DNA of 64,000 nucleotides, taken from the NCBI GenBank assembly GCA_963755715.1, contig CAVWLW010000030.1:45585-109584 (forward strand), given 5' to 3'. Below the pieces are notes generated by a model. The model was given only the letters and a program-made list of their open reading frames with translations, searched no databases and had not been told where the DNA came from. The number at the start of each line of letters is the position of its first letter. Positions within the stretch are counted from its first letter, which is position 1. The translations under genes and the position numbers were made by a program. Origin of the DNA: an uncultured delta proteobacterium (GTDB taxonomy: Bacteria > Desulfobacterota > Binatia > UBA9968). Positions 9,031 to 19,558 of the stretch are shown piece by piece.

Positions 9031-11940
9031 ATGCCCGCTCTCGCTCGCACCGGTCTGAAACTCGGTGGAATTTTTCTCGCTCTCGTCGTGATCTTTTACT
9101 GCGCGCTCTATTTCATCATTCAGTCGGCGCCATTTCGCCCCTGGATAGAAGCCAAGCTTTCGACAGCGAGCGGCGCCACGGTGCGAGTGACGGATCTCCG
9201 TTTTCGGCTGCCACTGAGCATCGTCGCCGAAGACATGGAGGTTTCCAAACCGGACATATTTTTCTTCAAAGGCCATCGACTCACGGCGACGCTCAATCCG
9301 TTCGATTTGCGCTCAGGGACGGTGCATCGTCTAGACATCGAAAGTCCGCTCATCGAGCTGGACATTCAAGGATTATCGCGGCCCGCGAATAAGAAATCCG
9401 CCACTCTCGCGTTGCGCCATCTGAATGTGCGCGACGGCAGGATCGTCTTAAAAAAAGGCGACACGGTCTTGCTTGAGTTGCCGGCGGTGACTTTGAATGC
9501 GCAGAATTTCAATCTTGCGGACCATGCCGGGGTAAGCCTTCAGGCCGACATTCCCGAACTAAACGGCAATCTGGATTTCACGCTGGCAGGTCAACTCGAC
9601 GCACTGCAGGCCGATATTGCCGTCCGGTCGAAGACGACGCGCGGCCTGCTCGGCGGCGCCCAGCCGGACCCGGCGGCGCCCGAAATGCTCCGTCTCCGGT
9701 CGCTCATCAACCTAGCTGAAAATCAAAGGCCCGCAGCCACGATCGAGAGCCGATGGCACGATTTGCCAATTCAAACGACCAGGATGACCGGCGTTTTGAA
9801 CGCCAAGCTCGATATCGAGCCGGATTTCAGCGCCGTCGCGTTTACCGGGCGGGCTGAGCTCGTCGATGTTTTTAGCGCGCTCGTCCCGGCGCTTAGCCGG
9901 CTGCCCAACGGCAAAGCCGCGGCAACTTTTAGCGGTGCGTATGCCACCGCGAGCAAAAAACTCACGGTAAAAACAGTCGATATCGCTTCCGCTCTTGGCA
10001 GCGCCAAAGGCGACGGCGAGATGCTTTTTACCGAGCAACAGCCGACGGTGGCAAAAGCGGCGCTGCTCTTTCAAGACATTCCTCTGCAGGATCTGAAAAC
10101 GCTCCTGCCGTCACCATTCAATCAATGGAGCTATCAGGGTCGCGGCCGAGTCGAAGTCGAAGTCCATGGCGCCTGGAATGCGCTCGCAGTTAAAGGCGTC
10201 GCGCGGAGCAATGGCACGCAAATCCGCGGCGCCGACCTTGCGCTGGAAAATTTATCTTTGAGTGCGCCGTTTGAGTGGTTGCGACCGACTTGGCGCGTCG
10301 GCGAAGCGCAGCTAACCGCTCTCAAGCTCACCTACGGCGATAAAGATCGCTGGCAAGTCGCAGCGGAGCGAGTGCAAGCCAGCGCGACGATGAACTTTGG
10401 CGCCGACCCGGCGATGAAAATCACTGGGCGTCTTAAAAGCGCCGGCGGCAAATTCGCCTCTCCCGACGGCTCCAAGTTGGGCGAAAATTTCGCGATCGAT
10501 GGTGACTTCGAATTGCGCACCGATCCCGTCAAGCATTCCATCGGCGTCGGCGGCAAGTTTCGCGCCGACGCCGGCGAGCTCTTGTGGGGCAAATTTTTTG
10601 CGGATCTCAAAATGCAGCAACCGGTCATTGAACTCCAGGCCGATTATTTTCGCGATCTCGACCGCTTCGATTGTCGCCGCTGCAATTTTAATTTAACAAA
10701 AATCGGTTCTGTCGACGTGAGCGGCTCGGTCGAGGGCTTCAGCCAAAGCCCGAAGCTTCGCCTCCAAGCGCGCAGCGCGAATTTTTTGCCCGGCGGCTTT
10801 TATGAATTTGTCCTGCGCTCGAGTTTCAACCGTGAGTATCCGCTGCTCGACAAACTCACCCTCGGCGGCGAACTCGCCTTTCAATGCCAAATTCACGGCG
10901 ATCTGCAAAGCCTCATTACCGAGGGAGATTTATCTCTGAAGGCCGGTGAACTGCGCGAGCAACCGGAGGGCTGGCAGATCGGGCCGATTACGCTCAATCT
11001 ACCGTTCCAAATTTCCTGGCCGGGAAGCCCGCAGACATCGAGCGCCAAGCCGCAAATCGGCGTGCTCGCAATCGAGCAGGCGCGCTTTGGTGGCCAGTCG
11101 GTGGGCCGAATCACGGCGGCCATTAGCTTGTCCAATAATGCCTTGATATTTCCCCAGCCGATTCACGCCGAGATCTTTGGCGGTGCGGTCGAAATCAGCG
11201 CTCTTCGTTGGCCCGATGTCGTCAACGATCCGAAGCAGTTGTCGTTCTCGGCCGAGATGAAACGATTGCAGCTTGACGACCTGTCGCGGGCCCTCCACTG
11301 GCCACCTTTCAGCGGCACTCTGACCGGCTCGATTCCGCAAGTGCAATCGGTCGGCAACACACTGCAGACCAACGGCGAGATCCAGGCCGAGCTATTCGGC
11401 GGCCAAGTTCGCCTGGGAAAACTCGAAATCGAAAATCCTTTTTCGTCTCTGGCGGCGATCCGGCTGGACGCCCGGCTCAGCGGCATCGATCTCGAGCAAG
11501 TCACCAAAACCTTTTCATTCGGACGCATCTCAGGCATTCTGGAAGGAAGCATCGACGATCTCGTGATCACCGACAAACAACCGTCGCAATTTCGCGCCGA
11601 CTTGCATTCAGTCGATCGCGGCACGGAACAGCGGATCAGTGTCGAGGCGCTAAACAAGATTACGGTGTTGAGCTCCGGCGCAAGCGCCGGCGCCCTGTAC
11701 AGCGGACTCGCCGGCTTCTTCGACAGCTTTCGCTACAGTAAGCTCGGCTTCAAAGCGAGCTTGAAAAACGACCGGCTTACCTTGCGCGGCGTAGAAAGCC
11801 AAGGCGATCAGGAATTCTTGGTGGTCGGCAGTTTTCTGCCGCCGCGGGTCAATATCGTCAGTCACACTCAAAATATCGCCTTTTCAGAGCTGCTGCGCCG
11901 GCTTCAACAAATCAAATCAGACAAACCGGAAACGAAATAG
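9031..11940 (+). CDS. AsmA-like/YdbH-family intermembrane lipid transport protein
   Basis: N-terminal TM anchor, long beta-rich repeat body, YdbH-like C-terminus (FDSFRYSKLGF...LTLRG); lies directly upstream of a YdbL-like gene. Confidence 0.72.
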   Translation: MPALARTGLKLGGIFLALVVIFYCALYFIIQSAPFRPWIEAKLSTASGATVRVTDLRFRLPLSIVAEDMEVSKPDIFFFKGHRLTATLNPFDLRSGTVHRLDIESPLIELDIQGLSRPANKKSATLALRHLNVRDGRIVLKKGDTVLLELPAVTLNAQNFNLADHAGVSLQADIPELNGNLDFTLAGQLDALQADIAVRSKTTRGLLGGAQPDPAAPEMLRLRSLINLAENQRPAATIESRWHDLPIQTTRMTGVLNAKLDIEPDFSAVAFTGRAELVDVFSALVPALSRLPNGKAAATFSGAYATASKKLTVKTVDIASALGSAKGDGEMLFTEQQPTVAKAALLFQDIPLQDLKTLLPSPFNQWSYQGRGRVEVEVHGAWNALAVKGVARSNGTQIRGADLALENLSLSAPFEWLRPTWRVGEAQLTALKLTYGDKDRWQVAAERVQASATMNFGADPAMKITGRLKSAGGKFASPDGSKLGENFAIDGDFELRTDPVKHSIGVGGKFRADAGELLWGKFFADLKMQQPVIELQADYFRDLDRFDCRRCNFNLTKIGSVDVSGSVEGFSQSPKLRLQARSANFLPGGFYEFVLRSSFNREYPLLDKLTLGGELAFQCQIHGDLQSLITEGDLSLKAGELREQPEGWQIGPITLNLPFQISWPGSPQTSSAKPQIGVLAIEQARFGGQSVGRITAAISLSNNALIFPQPIHAEIFGGAVEISALRWPDVVNDPKQLSFSAEMKRLQLDDLSRALHWPPFSGTLTGSIPQVQSVGNTLQTNGEIQAELFGGQVRLGKLEIENPFSSLAAIRLDARLSGIDLEQVTKTFSFGRISGILEGSIDDLVITDKQPSQFRADLHSVDRGTEQRISVEALNKITVLSSGASAGALYSGLAGFFDSFRYSKLGFKASLKNDRLTLRGVESQGDQEFLVVGSFLPPRVNIVSHTQNIAFSELLRRLQQIKSDKPETK

Positions 11941-11953
11941 GGACGGAGGAAAC

Positions 11954-12535
11954 ATGCTGAAACGGATGATCTTCACACTGATATTTTTTGTCAGCGCCTG
12001 CGTGACGGTCAATATCTATTTTCCCGCGGCGGCCGTCGAACGCGCCGCCGATCAGATCGTCAAAGAAACTTGGGGCGGGCCGGCGAAACCAGCGACACCC
12101 GTGCCGCAGCCGCAGAGCCGCAGTTTATTTTCGCCGAACCGCTTCCTAGCGCTGAGCTTCGTGAGCGAAGCTTTTGCCCAGGACGCCGATATCAACGTGA
12201 CCAACCCGGCGATTCGCGCCTTGAAAGACTCGATCAAGAAGCGCAGCGACGCCATCAAGCCGTACATGGACCGCGGCAACATCGGTATCGCGCAAGACGG
12301 CCTGCTCGCGATCCGCAGCGCCGACGGCCTCAATCTCAAGGAGCGTGCCGAGGCCAACCAACTCATCGACGCGGAGAACAAGGACCGCGAGGCGCTCTAT
12401 GCAGAGATTGCCAAGGCGAATGGCATTCCGAAAGAGAACATTCCCAAGATCAAGAGCATCTTTGCCAAGAGCTGGATCGAGCAGGCACAGCCCGGCTGGT
12501 GGATTCAGAGCAATGGCAATTGGCAGAAAAAGTAA
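11954..12535 (+). CDS. YdbL-family (DUF1318) lipoprotein with YnbE-like N-terminus
   Basis: Lipobox VSAC-VTVNIYF; DUF1318 motifs GNIGIAQDGLL, ENKDREALYAEIA, GWWIQ..GNW.KK. Confidence 0.8.
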   Translation: MLKRMIFTLIFFVSACVTVNIYFPAAAVERAADQIVKETWGGPAKPATPVPQPQSRSLFSPNRFLALSFVSEAFAQDADINVTNPAIRALKDSIKKRSDAIKPYMDRGNIGIAQDGLLAIRSADGLNLKERAEANQLIDAENKDREALYAEIAKANGIPKENIPKIKSIFAKSWIEQAQPGWWIQSNGNWQKK

Positions 12536-12730
12536 GCGCCATGCTTCCGCCCGCCGGGCAGAGCCAACGCGGCGACTTGGATCTGGTCTTTTTTCTCGAT
12601 CGCGGCGGCTCGCGCGCCACTCGCGACCACAGCAGATAACAGGATCAGCGAGAGTAACCGCACTCGACGAAAAGGTCTTTCCATAGAACCAAACTCTTCC
12701 AGCTGGCGCGACGTCGCATAAAGATGCTCT

Positions 12731-13165
12731 CTACTTCAAATCCGCCGTGCAGTGGGCGCACTTCGTCGCCTTGAGTGGAATTGCCGAGAGACAATGCGGA
12801 CAATCCTTGGTTGTCGCCGCCGCCGCGGCCGGCTCCGGTTTTTTCAATGCATTCATCTGTCGAATGATCAAAAAAAGCACAAATGCGATGATCAAAAAAT
12901 TGAGTATGGTGTTAAAAAAAATGCCGTAATTGACCGTCGCGGCTCCCGCCGCTTTCGCTGCTGCGACGCTGGGATACTCCTTGTCTGACAAATTGACGAA
13001 TAGGTTGGCAAAATCAACGTTGCCGAGCATCCGTCCGATCGGCGGCATGATGATATCGTCAACAAGCGATGAAACAATCTTGCCGAACGCAGCGCCAATG
13101 ATCACGCCCACGGCCAGCTCGATGACCGGGCCTTTCATTGCGAACTCTTTGAACTCTTTCAACAT
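12731..13165 (-). CDS. mscL: Large-conductance mechanosensitive channel with C-terminal zinc ribbon
   Basis: [44 protein letters not shown]; tail CPHC...CAHC; GGAGG RBS. Confidence 0.95.
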   Translation of the reverse strand: MLKEFKEFAMKGPVIELAVGVIIGAAFGKIVSSLVDDIIMPPIGRMLGNVDFANLFVNLSDKEYPSVAAAKAAGAATVNYGIFFNTILNFLIIAFVLFLIIRQMNALKKPEPAAAAATTKDCPHCLSAIPLKATKCAHCTADLK

Positions 13166-13646
13166 AAGACCTCCCTGTCGTTTTTGCGATTCGCTTCGGG
13201 ACATTAATCGCGAGGTCACCCGCGTATAATGGCAGGTCACCGCTCATAAAGTCAATGGAAAAGTCGTGTCAGCAATCGAACGATCACGACGTTCCTACGG
13301 GTCATTCATGGCGGCGTATCGCCCAATATAATTATGATACACCTACGGCGCGTCGATATTTCGCGATCTCGTTTAATTACCATCCCAACGTCCTTTGTTT
13401 TTCGTATGGCAAAATTCACAGACCGACACGGCGCCGATCGGTCGCAAGAATCTGGTGGAGAGAAATTAAAGTGAATCGCCCGACTAACTTGGATTCAGCT
13501 CGAAAGAACCGAGATCCGTCGCTGAAGCGTTCGAATGATCGAGCTATATTCTACGGCGAGATAATCTTCCCGGATCGACATCGCGAAGCGAATGCTCATT
13601 AATTCTGCCGAAAGCGGATTAATCTGCGCATCGTCAAGTGCATTCT

Positions 13647-16600
13647 TTAATACCGTTTGCTCCAGATGATATCTATTCCACTCGAACCGCTGCTGCTCGT
13701 CTTCGTGCCGATTTTCCAGTTGGGCGCGATTTGATACTCGAGGGCAACTTCCTGTTCATGATTATCGGCAAGCTCTTGAGAAAGCGAAAAGTAGGTCTTG
13801 TCGCCGATGTAACGCCCGAAGCCGATGCGACCGCCGGAAAAATCCACTTCGCCCAAGCTATCCAAACCGAGCGCCTTGGAAACCGAGTTAGCAATTTGGC
13901 CGGCGACGAAGCCGCTCGTGATACCCAATGCGCTTTGCTGCAATGAGCCTTGCTCTTTCTGGCTCAGCGAGTCGATCGGTTTGCCGAAAATCAGCAGCGC
14001 AAGAATATCGGCTTGTTCTAGCTGCGGGTGGCTCGCGAGAGTCAAGCTAGGTTTTTCCGCTGTGCCGCCGATGATTACGTCAACCTCATAGTTCGGCAAT
14101 CGATATTCCGCCACGACGTCGAGCGACGGATTGATCTGGCCACCGCCCGTGAACTCGATCGCTCCCCTGGTCAACTGAAGCCGCCGCCCTTGAAAAGCCA
14201 GCCAGCCCCTGACGACATCGATGCGTCCCGTGAGATCGATCTCGCGATCGGGCGCCTTGGTCGCGTGCACATTACCGGAAAGCTCGGAAACCAAATCAGG
14301 ATGTCGGATCCAAACATGGCCCGGCGCGCTCACCGTTAGATCCAGACTGAGCTTTTTGAAAAGCTGGTCATCGCCTGCAGTGGAGGACTCTTTTTTTTGC
14401 GCCGGCGGCGGGCGCGGTACGCCGTTTTTATTAACGAACACAATCGTCTCGTCGGGCTTCAGCGGCACTTTGCTCTGCTCCAAAAAAGCCAGGTCCGGCC
14501 GCAGTGAACCTTCAAGAACGGTGATCTTGCCGGATATTTTCGGAGCAGTCAGAGTTCCTTGGGCCTCGACATCGCCGGCCACCTTCACTTGATAACGTTG
14601 GGTCTCGATCGCAGGCCAGCGCTGCGCCGTCAGCACCAGCTTGAATCCGTTGGCATCGAAGTCTTTAAGCGCGATCGAGCCGCTGCCCTTTATTTCCCCA
14701 TCCTTGGCTTTGGCGGTGAGCTCACGCACGTTGACGCTGCGCGAATCCAACCCCCCCGTCACCGTGATCCCGTTGATATCGACACCGAGAGGGACAACCT
14801 TCAACCTGCCATCACGCAATTGAAAGGTGCCGCGCAGATCCGGTTGTTTTACCGCGCCGCGCGCGCTCGCATCGAGGCTCACTTCACCGGCGATGTTTTC
14901 CAGGCTTTTGCCGCTAAACGCGTTTAAAAAAGCGACGCTTAGCCCGGCGCTTTGTATTCGGAGATCCAAGCCGTCGGCAAAATCGGCGCGAAAACCGTTG
15001 CTCCAGCTCAAGTTGAGCGGCAGCGTGCCGTTGGCATTGAGCGCGCGAGCAGCGTCCTGGCGCACCTCCAGTCGCAGAGTCGCGCGCTTGTCTTGATAAC
15101 CCAGGTCGGCAGTCGCACCGGCGTAGGCTTGTCCGGCGACCGTCGTTTCGGTGAGCTTTGCCGAAGCGGCGATTTCCGGCGCGGCGGCCGACCCCGTGAC
15201 CCGGGCATGCGCAGCGAGCAGTCCGGTCACCTTCGGGGGTTGCGCTAGAAAGGCGGTCACCAAGCCAAGCGGCAATCGATCGACAGTCAATGTCAGGTCC
15301 TGATTGCCGGCGACCGCAAAACGGCCGTATAGCGCCAATTCTCGGTCGCCGTTCTTCATGGAGAGCTGATCGATAGTAAAAGCATCGTCGCGCTTGGTCA
15401 CCGTTACCGGACGCGATAACTTCCACGTGCCGTCCGGCGCGGTGAGCGAAACCTGGCTCAGTCGCAGTATCAAAGCATCAGGCGCCAGATCCACCGTGCC
15501 GCTCACCGCGTGCTTGCGCTCGAGCAGGTCCTGCGCGTCTAAGTCGAGTTGGATCGACGGCACTGCCTGCCGCGACAACTTTGCCGTGGCGTTGAGACGT
15601 CGCAAGTTGAGCCCGGCAGCGATGTCGGTCAATTGCGCCGTGACCACTCCCCGAGGAAAAAATTCCTCCTGGGAGCCCCGCAGAGCGAAGGAAATGTTGC
15701 CCGCCTTCACAACAGTCCCTTCGAGCTCCAAACCCGATAAACGCACCACCCCCTGGGTTTGCAGATCAGCGGGATTACCTCGAGCTTGACCGCTGAGTTC
15801 GATTGCTCCCGAACCTTTTCTTTGGACCAGCGCCAGCCAAGGAGAGACATCGGTCATGCGCAGTCGATAATCGAGATTGCCGGTGTTCTTCGCGTCGAGA
15901 CCCAGTTCGCCGTTGACGGCCAACGTTGCATCATCGGTGGCAAGAGTAGCGCCCGCAATGCGGATTTTATTCTCGCTTAGAGTCGCGGTCAGCGCGCCTT
16001 GCTTGACCAGCACCGGACCCACGGACGATGGCAAAATGCGCACCTCCGCGCGCGTATTCATATCGGCAAGAGTCCATCCGGCGCCTTTGACCTTTGCCTG
16101 GAGGTTGAGTTTGCCCTGAATGGCAGTGCCGTCCGCCGCCTTTTCAATGTCGAGATCTTTTACCGACAGAGCCAACTCATACGGCGGCCGTTTTTCACTC
16201 AGGGCCACCTTCCCAGACCACTCGGCGCCGCCGAGCTTACTTTGGAGCCGGCCATCGACGGTCGCTATGCTGTCTTTCAGTACTCCTTGAATAGAAAGGG
16301 TGCCCAACAGCCATTCCTGCATTTGAGCGGCGTGGGCTTCCAAAGCCAGTTTCGCCTGCGTATCGCGCAATGCAAAACCGTTCCCGTTCGCTTCAATATT
16401 GGCATGCACGACTCCAGCGACATCCCTGCGGCCAAGCCACTGACGCAAGTCGAAACCGTTAACGATCGCCGTCGCCGAATAACGAGGGTTCGCCTGAGTC
16501 ACATCAGCCTTAAATTTTGCGGCGATTTTGCCGCCCGCGCCCGCTAACTCGAGATTTCCATTCAAAGCATCGAGCGGCCCCTCGATCGTTAGGTTGCCGG

Positions 16601-17438
16601 CAATATCGGGTTTCAACGGCCATTGCGAAACAAAATAGGCGATGTCCGCCGCCGCCAGCTTTTCAATCGATGCCTGGGCTTTCACCGTCATTTTTTCGCC
16701 GATGGCGAATTCGCCGTTCAGTTTGACCTGGGAGTGGCGGCTCACGGCCCAGAAATTTTTTACTTTGACCGTAGCCGGCGCCACAGCGGCCTGTTCGTAT
16801 TCGAACTCGCCTTTGAGCCGAAGGTCCGGCTGGCCCGACGAGATCAGCACTGTCATCAGCTCGGCGACGTCGAGTGAAACACCGGTCGGTCGAACTCCTA
16901 CCCGGCCCTGGAGATTTAAATCCTGCAAACGATAGAGCTTGCCGCCTCCCGAAGCGGGGCGCACGTCGAATTTCGCGTGGCGTAAATGGAAAGACTCCAC
17001 CAGCACGATGAAGTCGGATGGCTTCTCTGGTTCCGGTTGGCGCGGCGCTAAGGCCTCGACGAGGTTCCACTGTCCGGCCTGATCTTGAAGCAGGCTGGCG
17101 CTTGGCTCCGTGGCATCGATGCCGGCAATCTTCAGCTCGCCCCAGAGCAACGGGATCAAAGAAAAGAAAACTTCCAGGCGAGGGACTTTAAGGATCTCGC
17201 TTTGTTCATGGCGCAGCGTCACGTTGTGAAGCGTCAGCCTGCTCCATACCGATCCCTCGAGACGATCGACGCTAATGGTTCCTCGAATGGTCTGGTTGAC
17301 GAGGGTAATCGCTTCTTCTCGGAGCCAGCGGGTAAAGTTTTCCGTGCGCGTGTAGATCGCCACGATCACGACTGCGAGAAAGAGCAATGCGCCGACGCCC
17401 GCGACCAGCCATTTCAAAATGCGCCGCAATTTCTCCAT
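13647..17438 (-). CDS. tamB: Translocation and assembly module TamB (AsmA-like, DUF490)
   Basis: 1263 aa, N-terminal TM, C-terminal DUF490 (GTAEKP...QADILALLIFG, GRYIGDK, LEYQI...GIDIIWSKRY); follows an Omp85 gene. Confidence 0.88.
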   Translation of the reverse strand: MEKLRRILKWLVAGVGALLFLAVVIVAIYTRTENFTRWLREEAITLVNQTIRGTISVDRLEGSVWSRLTLHNVTLRHEQSEILKVPRLEVFFSLIPLLWGELKIAGIDATEPSASLLQDQAGQWNLVEALAPRQPEPEKPSDFIVLVESFHLRHAKFDVRPASGGGKLYRLQDLNLQGRVGVRPTGVSLDVAELMTVLISSGQPDLRLKGEFEYEQAAVAPATVKVKNFWAVSRHSQVKLNGEFAIGEKMTVKAQASIEKLAAADIAYFVSQWPLKPDIAGNLTIEGPLDALNGNLELAGAGGKIAAKFKADVTQANPRYSATAIVNGFDLRQWLGRRDVAGVVHANIEANGNGFALRDTQAKLALEAHAAQMQEWLLGTLSIQGVLKDSIATVDGRLQSKLGGAEWSGKVALSEKRPPYELALSVKDLDIEKAADGTAIQGKLNLQAKVKGAGWTLADMNTRAEVRILPSSVGPVLVKQGALTATLSENKIRIAGATLATDDATLAVNGELGLDAKNTGNLDYRLRMTDVSPWLALVQRKGSGAIELSGQARGNPADLQTQGVVRLSGLELEGTVVKAGNISFALRGSQEEFFPRGVVTAQLTDIAAGLNLRRLNATAKLSRQAVPSIQLDLDAQDLLERKHAVSGTVDLAPDALILRLSQVSLTAPDGTWKLSRPVTVTKRDDAFTIDQLSMKNGDRELALYGRFAVAGNQDLTLTVDRLPLGLVTAFLAQPPKVTGLLAAHARVTGSAAAPEIAASAKLTETTVAGQAYAGATADLGYQDKRATLRLEVRQDAARALNANGTLPLNLSWSNGFRADFADGLDLRIQSAGLSVAFLNAFSGKSLENIAGEVSLDASARGAVKQPDLRGTFQLRDGRLKVVPLGVDINGITVTGGLDSRSVNVRELTAKAKDGEIKGSGSIALKDFDANGFKLVLTAQRWPAIETQRYQVKVAGDVEAQGTLTAPKISGKITVLEGSLRPDLAFLEQSKVPLKPDETIVFVNKNGVPRPPPAQKKESSTAGDDQLFKKLSLDLTVSAPGHVWIRHPDLVSELSGNVHATKAPDREIDLTGRIDVVRGWLAFQGRRLQLTRGAIEFTGGGQINPSLDVVAEYRLPNYEVDVIIGGTAEKPSLTLASHPQLEQADILALLIFGKPIDSLSQKEQGSLQQSALGITSGFVAGQIANSVSKALGLDSLGEVDFSGGRIGFGRYIGDKTYFSLSQELADNHEQEVALEYQIAPNWKIGTKTSSSGSSGIDIIWSKRY

Positions 17439-17441
17439 AAG

Positions 17442-19277
17442 CTAAAAGGCGGCTCCAATACTGAAATGAATTTGCCAAGGCCGATCGCTGCGCGGCGGAT
17501 TAAACGGAAAGCCCAGGTCCACCCGGATCGGTCCAACGGGCGTTGCATAGCTCAATCCGAAACCAGTGGAAAATTGCAAATTATTCACGGGAATATCGAA
17601 AGCACGCTCCGAAACCTGACCGAAATCGACGAACAGCGCGCCGCTTAATTCCCGCCAGACGGGCCGGCGCAGTTCGAGCGAGCCTTCGATCAAACTGAGT
17701 CCACCCAAGGGATCGTTGCTTGCACTCAAGGGACCGAGACGGCGCCTGGCGTAACCGCGCACGCTCCTGTCACCGCCGGCATAAAATCGTTCGAACAGCG
17801 GCAAATTTTGGTGGTCGCCGATAGCATCGGCCAGGCCTAGCTTCAGTCGGCTGGCAAAAACCGTCTGCCAGCCGATATCGATGTATTTTTTTGCTTCCGC
17901 TGTAAATTTGTAGAAACTGAACTGACCGCCCCAGATCGCGCCCGCTTGATCCGCGGTTAGTGTCACCACTTCGCCTTTTTTAGGATTGAAAGGGTCGTCG
18001 GCGGTGTTCCAGACCAGGCTGGCGAACGGGCCGGAAAGAAGCCCTTTTTTCTCGATCCCGCCCAGCGCCTCCGAGGTAGCTTCCGAGACGTCGCTCAGCT
18101 GATCGTATTCCAGCCGATAACCCATGAAAGCGCTGAGTGTCTTGGAAAATTTATGTTCCACGCGCGGACGAAATCGGCTCGCGTTCAAATGATAGGTTTG
18201 CTCCTTTTCCTGGTTGTGCGTAAAGTTCACGACGGCTTGCGTATCGGGGGAGAAAAAATGCGGCTGAATGAAGTTGATCGTGCCCGAAGCTTCGATGGCG
18301 GAGTATCTAGCCAGAAGCGACAACCGCCTGCCGCCGCCCAGCCAATTCAGAAGGCGCCATTCGAGCTGAGTGCGAACTTGGTCTTCGGTGCCGTAGCCGA
18401 GCGATAACTTGATTTCGCGATTGGGCTTTTCCGTGACTTCCACTTCCATCGGTACGACGGTCGCCACTTGCTCAGGCTGCGCCGGGCCTACCCGCACCGT
18501 GCCGAAAAGGTCCAACGCCAATAACTTCTCCCGGGTTTCGGTGACTTTCGAGAGCGCATAAGTCTCCCCCGGGCGATAGGTGATTTCGCGCGTCACCAAC
18601 TCCGGATCCACCGTCGTCGTACCTTTCACTTCCGTTGCCCCGAAAACGGCGAGCGGTCCGGGTTGGACGACGTAGCGAATACGAACCTGCTGCTGGTCTA
18701 AATCGACTTCGGCGTGACGCTCGGTTTTGACAAAGGCATAGCCATTTTCCAAAAAAGTCGAGCGTAAAACTTGCTCGGCCTGCTGATAATCCGCCTCGCG
18801 AAAGATTTGTCCTCGCTTGACGGGCAATTCCTCGGGAAAAGGTGGCGGTTTCTGCGCCGATCCCTTCCCCGCCACTTGGACATCGATCTCGGTAATTACC
18901 ACGGGCACCGCTTCGTGCACGGCGATATGAGCCGTCACCAGCGCATCGGCTTCATCGACTTCGAGGTCGGGCGACAAGGTCGTCCCGTAGAAGCCTCTCG
19001 ACTCGTAAAGTCTCTCCAGTCGCTCCAGATCGGTGCCGAAAGTCACCGGATCAAACACCGGGCGATCCTCCCAAAAGCGATACCAAGGCCGCTCTTTGGT
19101 CGTCATCAGCTCACTAAGTTCGTCTTTTGAAATTTTTTTATTGCCGGAAAAATCGATTTGCTTGACCCTCCATTGTCGCGCGCTATCGAGAGCATCGAGC
19201 GGAATCGCAGCAACACTGCCAGCACATGCCAACCATCCGGCTAGCGCCGCTACAAGGATCTTGCATGGCTGCGTCAC
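17442..19277 (-). CDS. tamA: Omp85-family outer membrane protein, TamA-like
   Basis: Signal peptide, POTRA-like segments, FYAGGDRSVRGY, TPVGPIRVDLG, C-terminal FSIGAAF; adjacent to tamB. Confidence 0.85.
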   Translation of the reverse strand: MTQPCKILVAALAGWLACAGSVAAIPLDALDSARQWRVKQIDFSGNKKISKDELSELMTTKERPWYRFWEDRPVFDPVTFGTDLERLERLYESRGFYGTTLSPDLEVDEADALVTAHIAVHEAVPVVITEIDVQVAGKGSAQKPPPFPEELPVKRGQIFREADYQQAEQVLRSTFLENGYAFVKTERHAEVDLDQQQVRIRYVVQPGPLAVFGATEVKGTTTVDPELVTREITYRPGETYALSKVTETREKLLALDLFGTVRVGPAQPEQVATVVPMEVEVTEKPNREIKLSLGYGTEDQVRTQLEWRLLNWLGGGRRLSLLARYSAIEASGTINFIQPHFFSPDTQAVVNFTHNQEKEQTYHLNASRFRPRVEHKFSKTLSAFMGYRLEYDQLSDVSEATSEALGGIEKKGLLSGPFASLVWNTADDPFNPKKGEVVTLTADQAGAIWGGQFSFYKFTAEAKKYIDIGWQTVFASRLKLGLADAIGDHQNLPLFERFYAGGDRSVRGYARRRLGPLSASNDPLGGLSLIEGSLELRRPVWRELSGALFVDFGQVSERAFDIPVNNLQFSTGFGLSYATPVGPIRVDLGFPFNPPRSDRPWQIHFSIGAAF

Positions 19278-19558
19278 TCTTTTCTTCTTAACATCTCAAC
19301 TAAGCCCGCGAAATAAGTCAAAGTGAAATATGGATCCGCACAACGCGAATGAGCAATCTTGCCTTGCCCGAAACCATCATCACGCTGGCAAATCAGTGGA
19401 TCAGTAGCAAAATAAATGTTTTAGTGATTGAAGATCGAGAGTTTCAGTTCTTGGCGGCAAAGACAAACCAATCAACCGCGTTGTTAGCGGTCGAGGAAGG
19501 TTTTAGTCGTGATCAAACAAGCAATCGATTCAGCCGCGAAGGTAAGAAGGCGAATCCC

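Noticed and set aside
13255-13602. 115-aa ORF or ncRNA in the mscL-tamB spacer
   Set aside because: No clear RBS, atypical composition, and no recognisable motif or stable structure seen.
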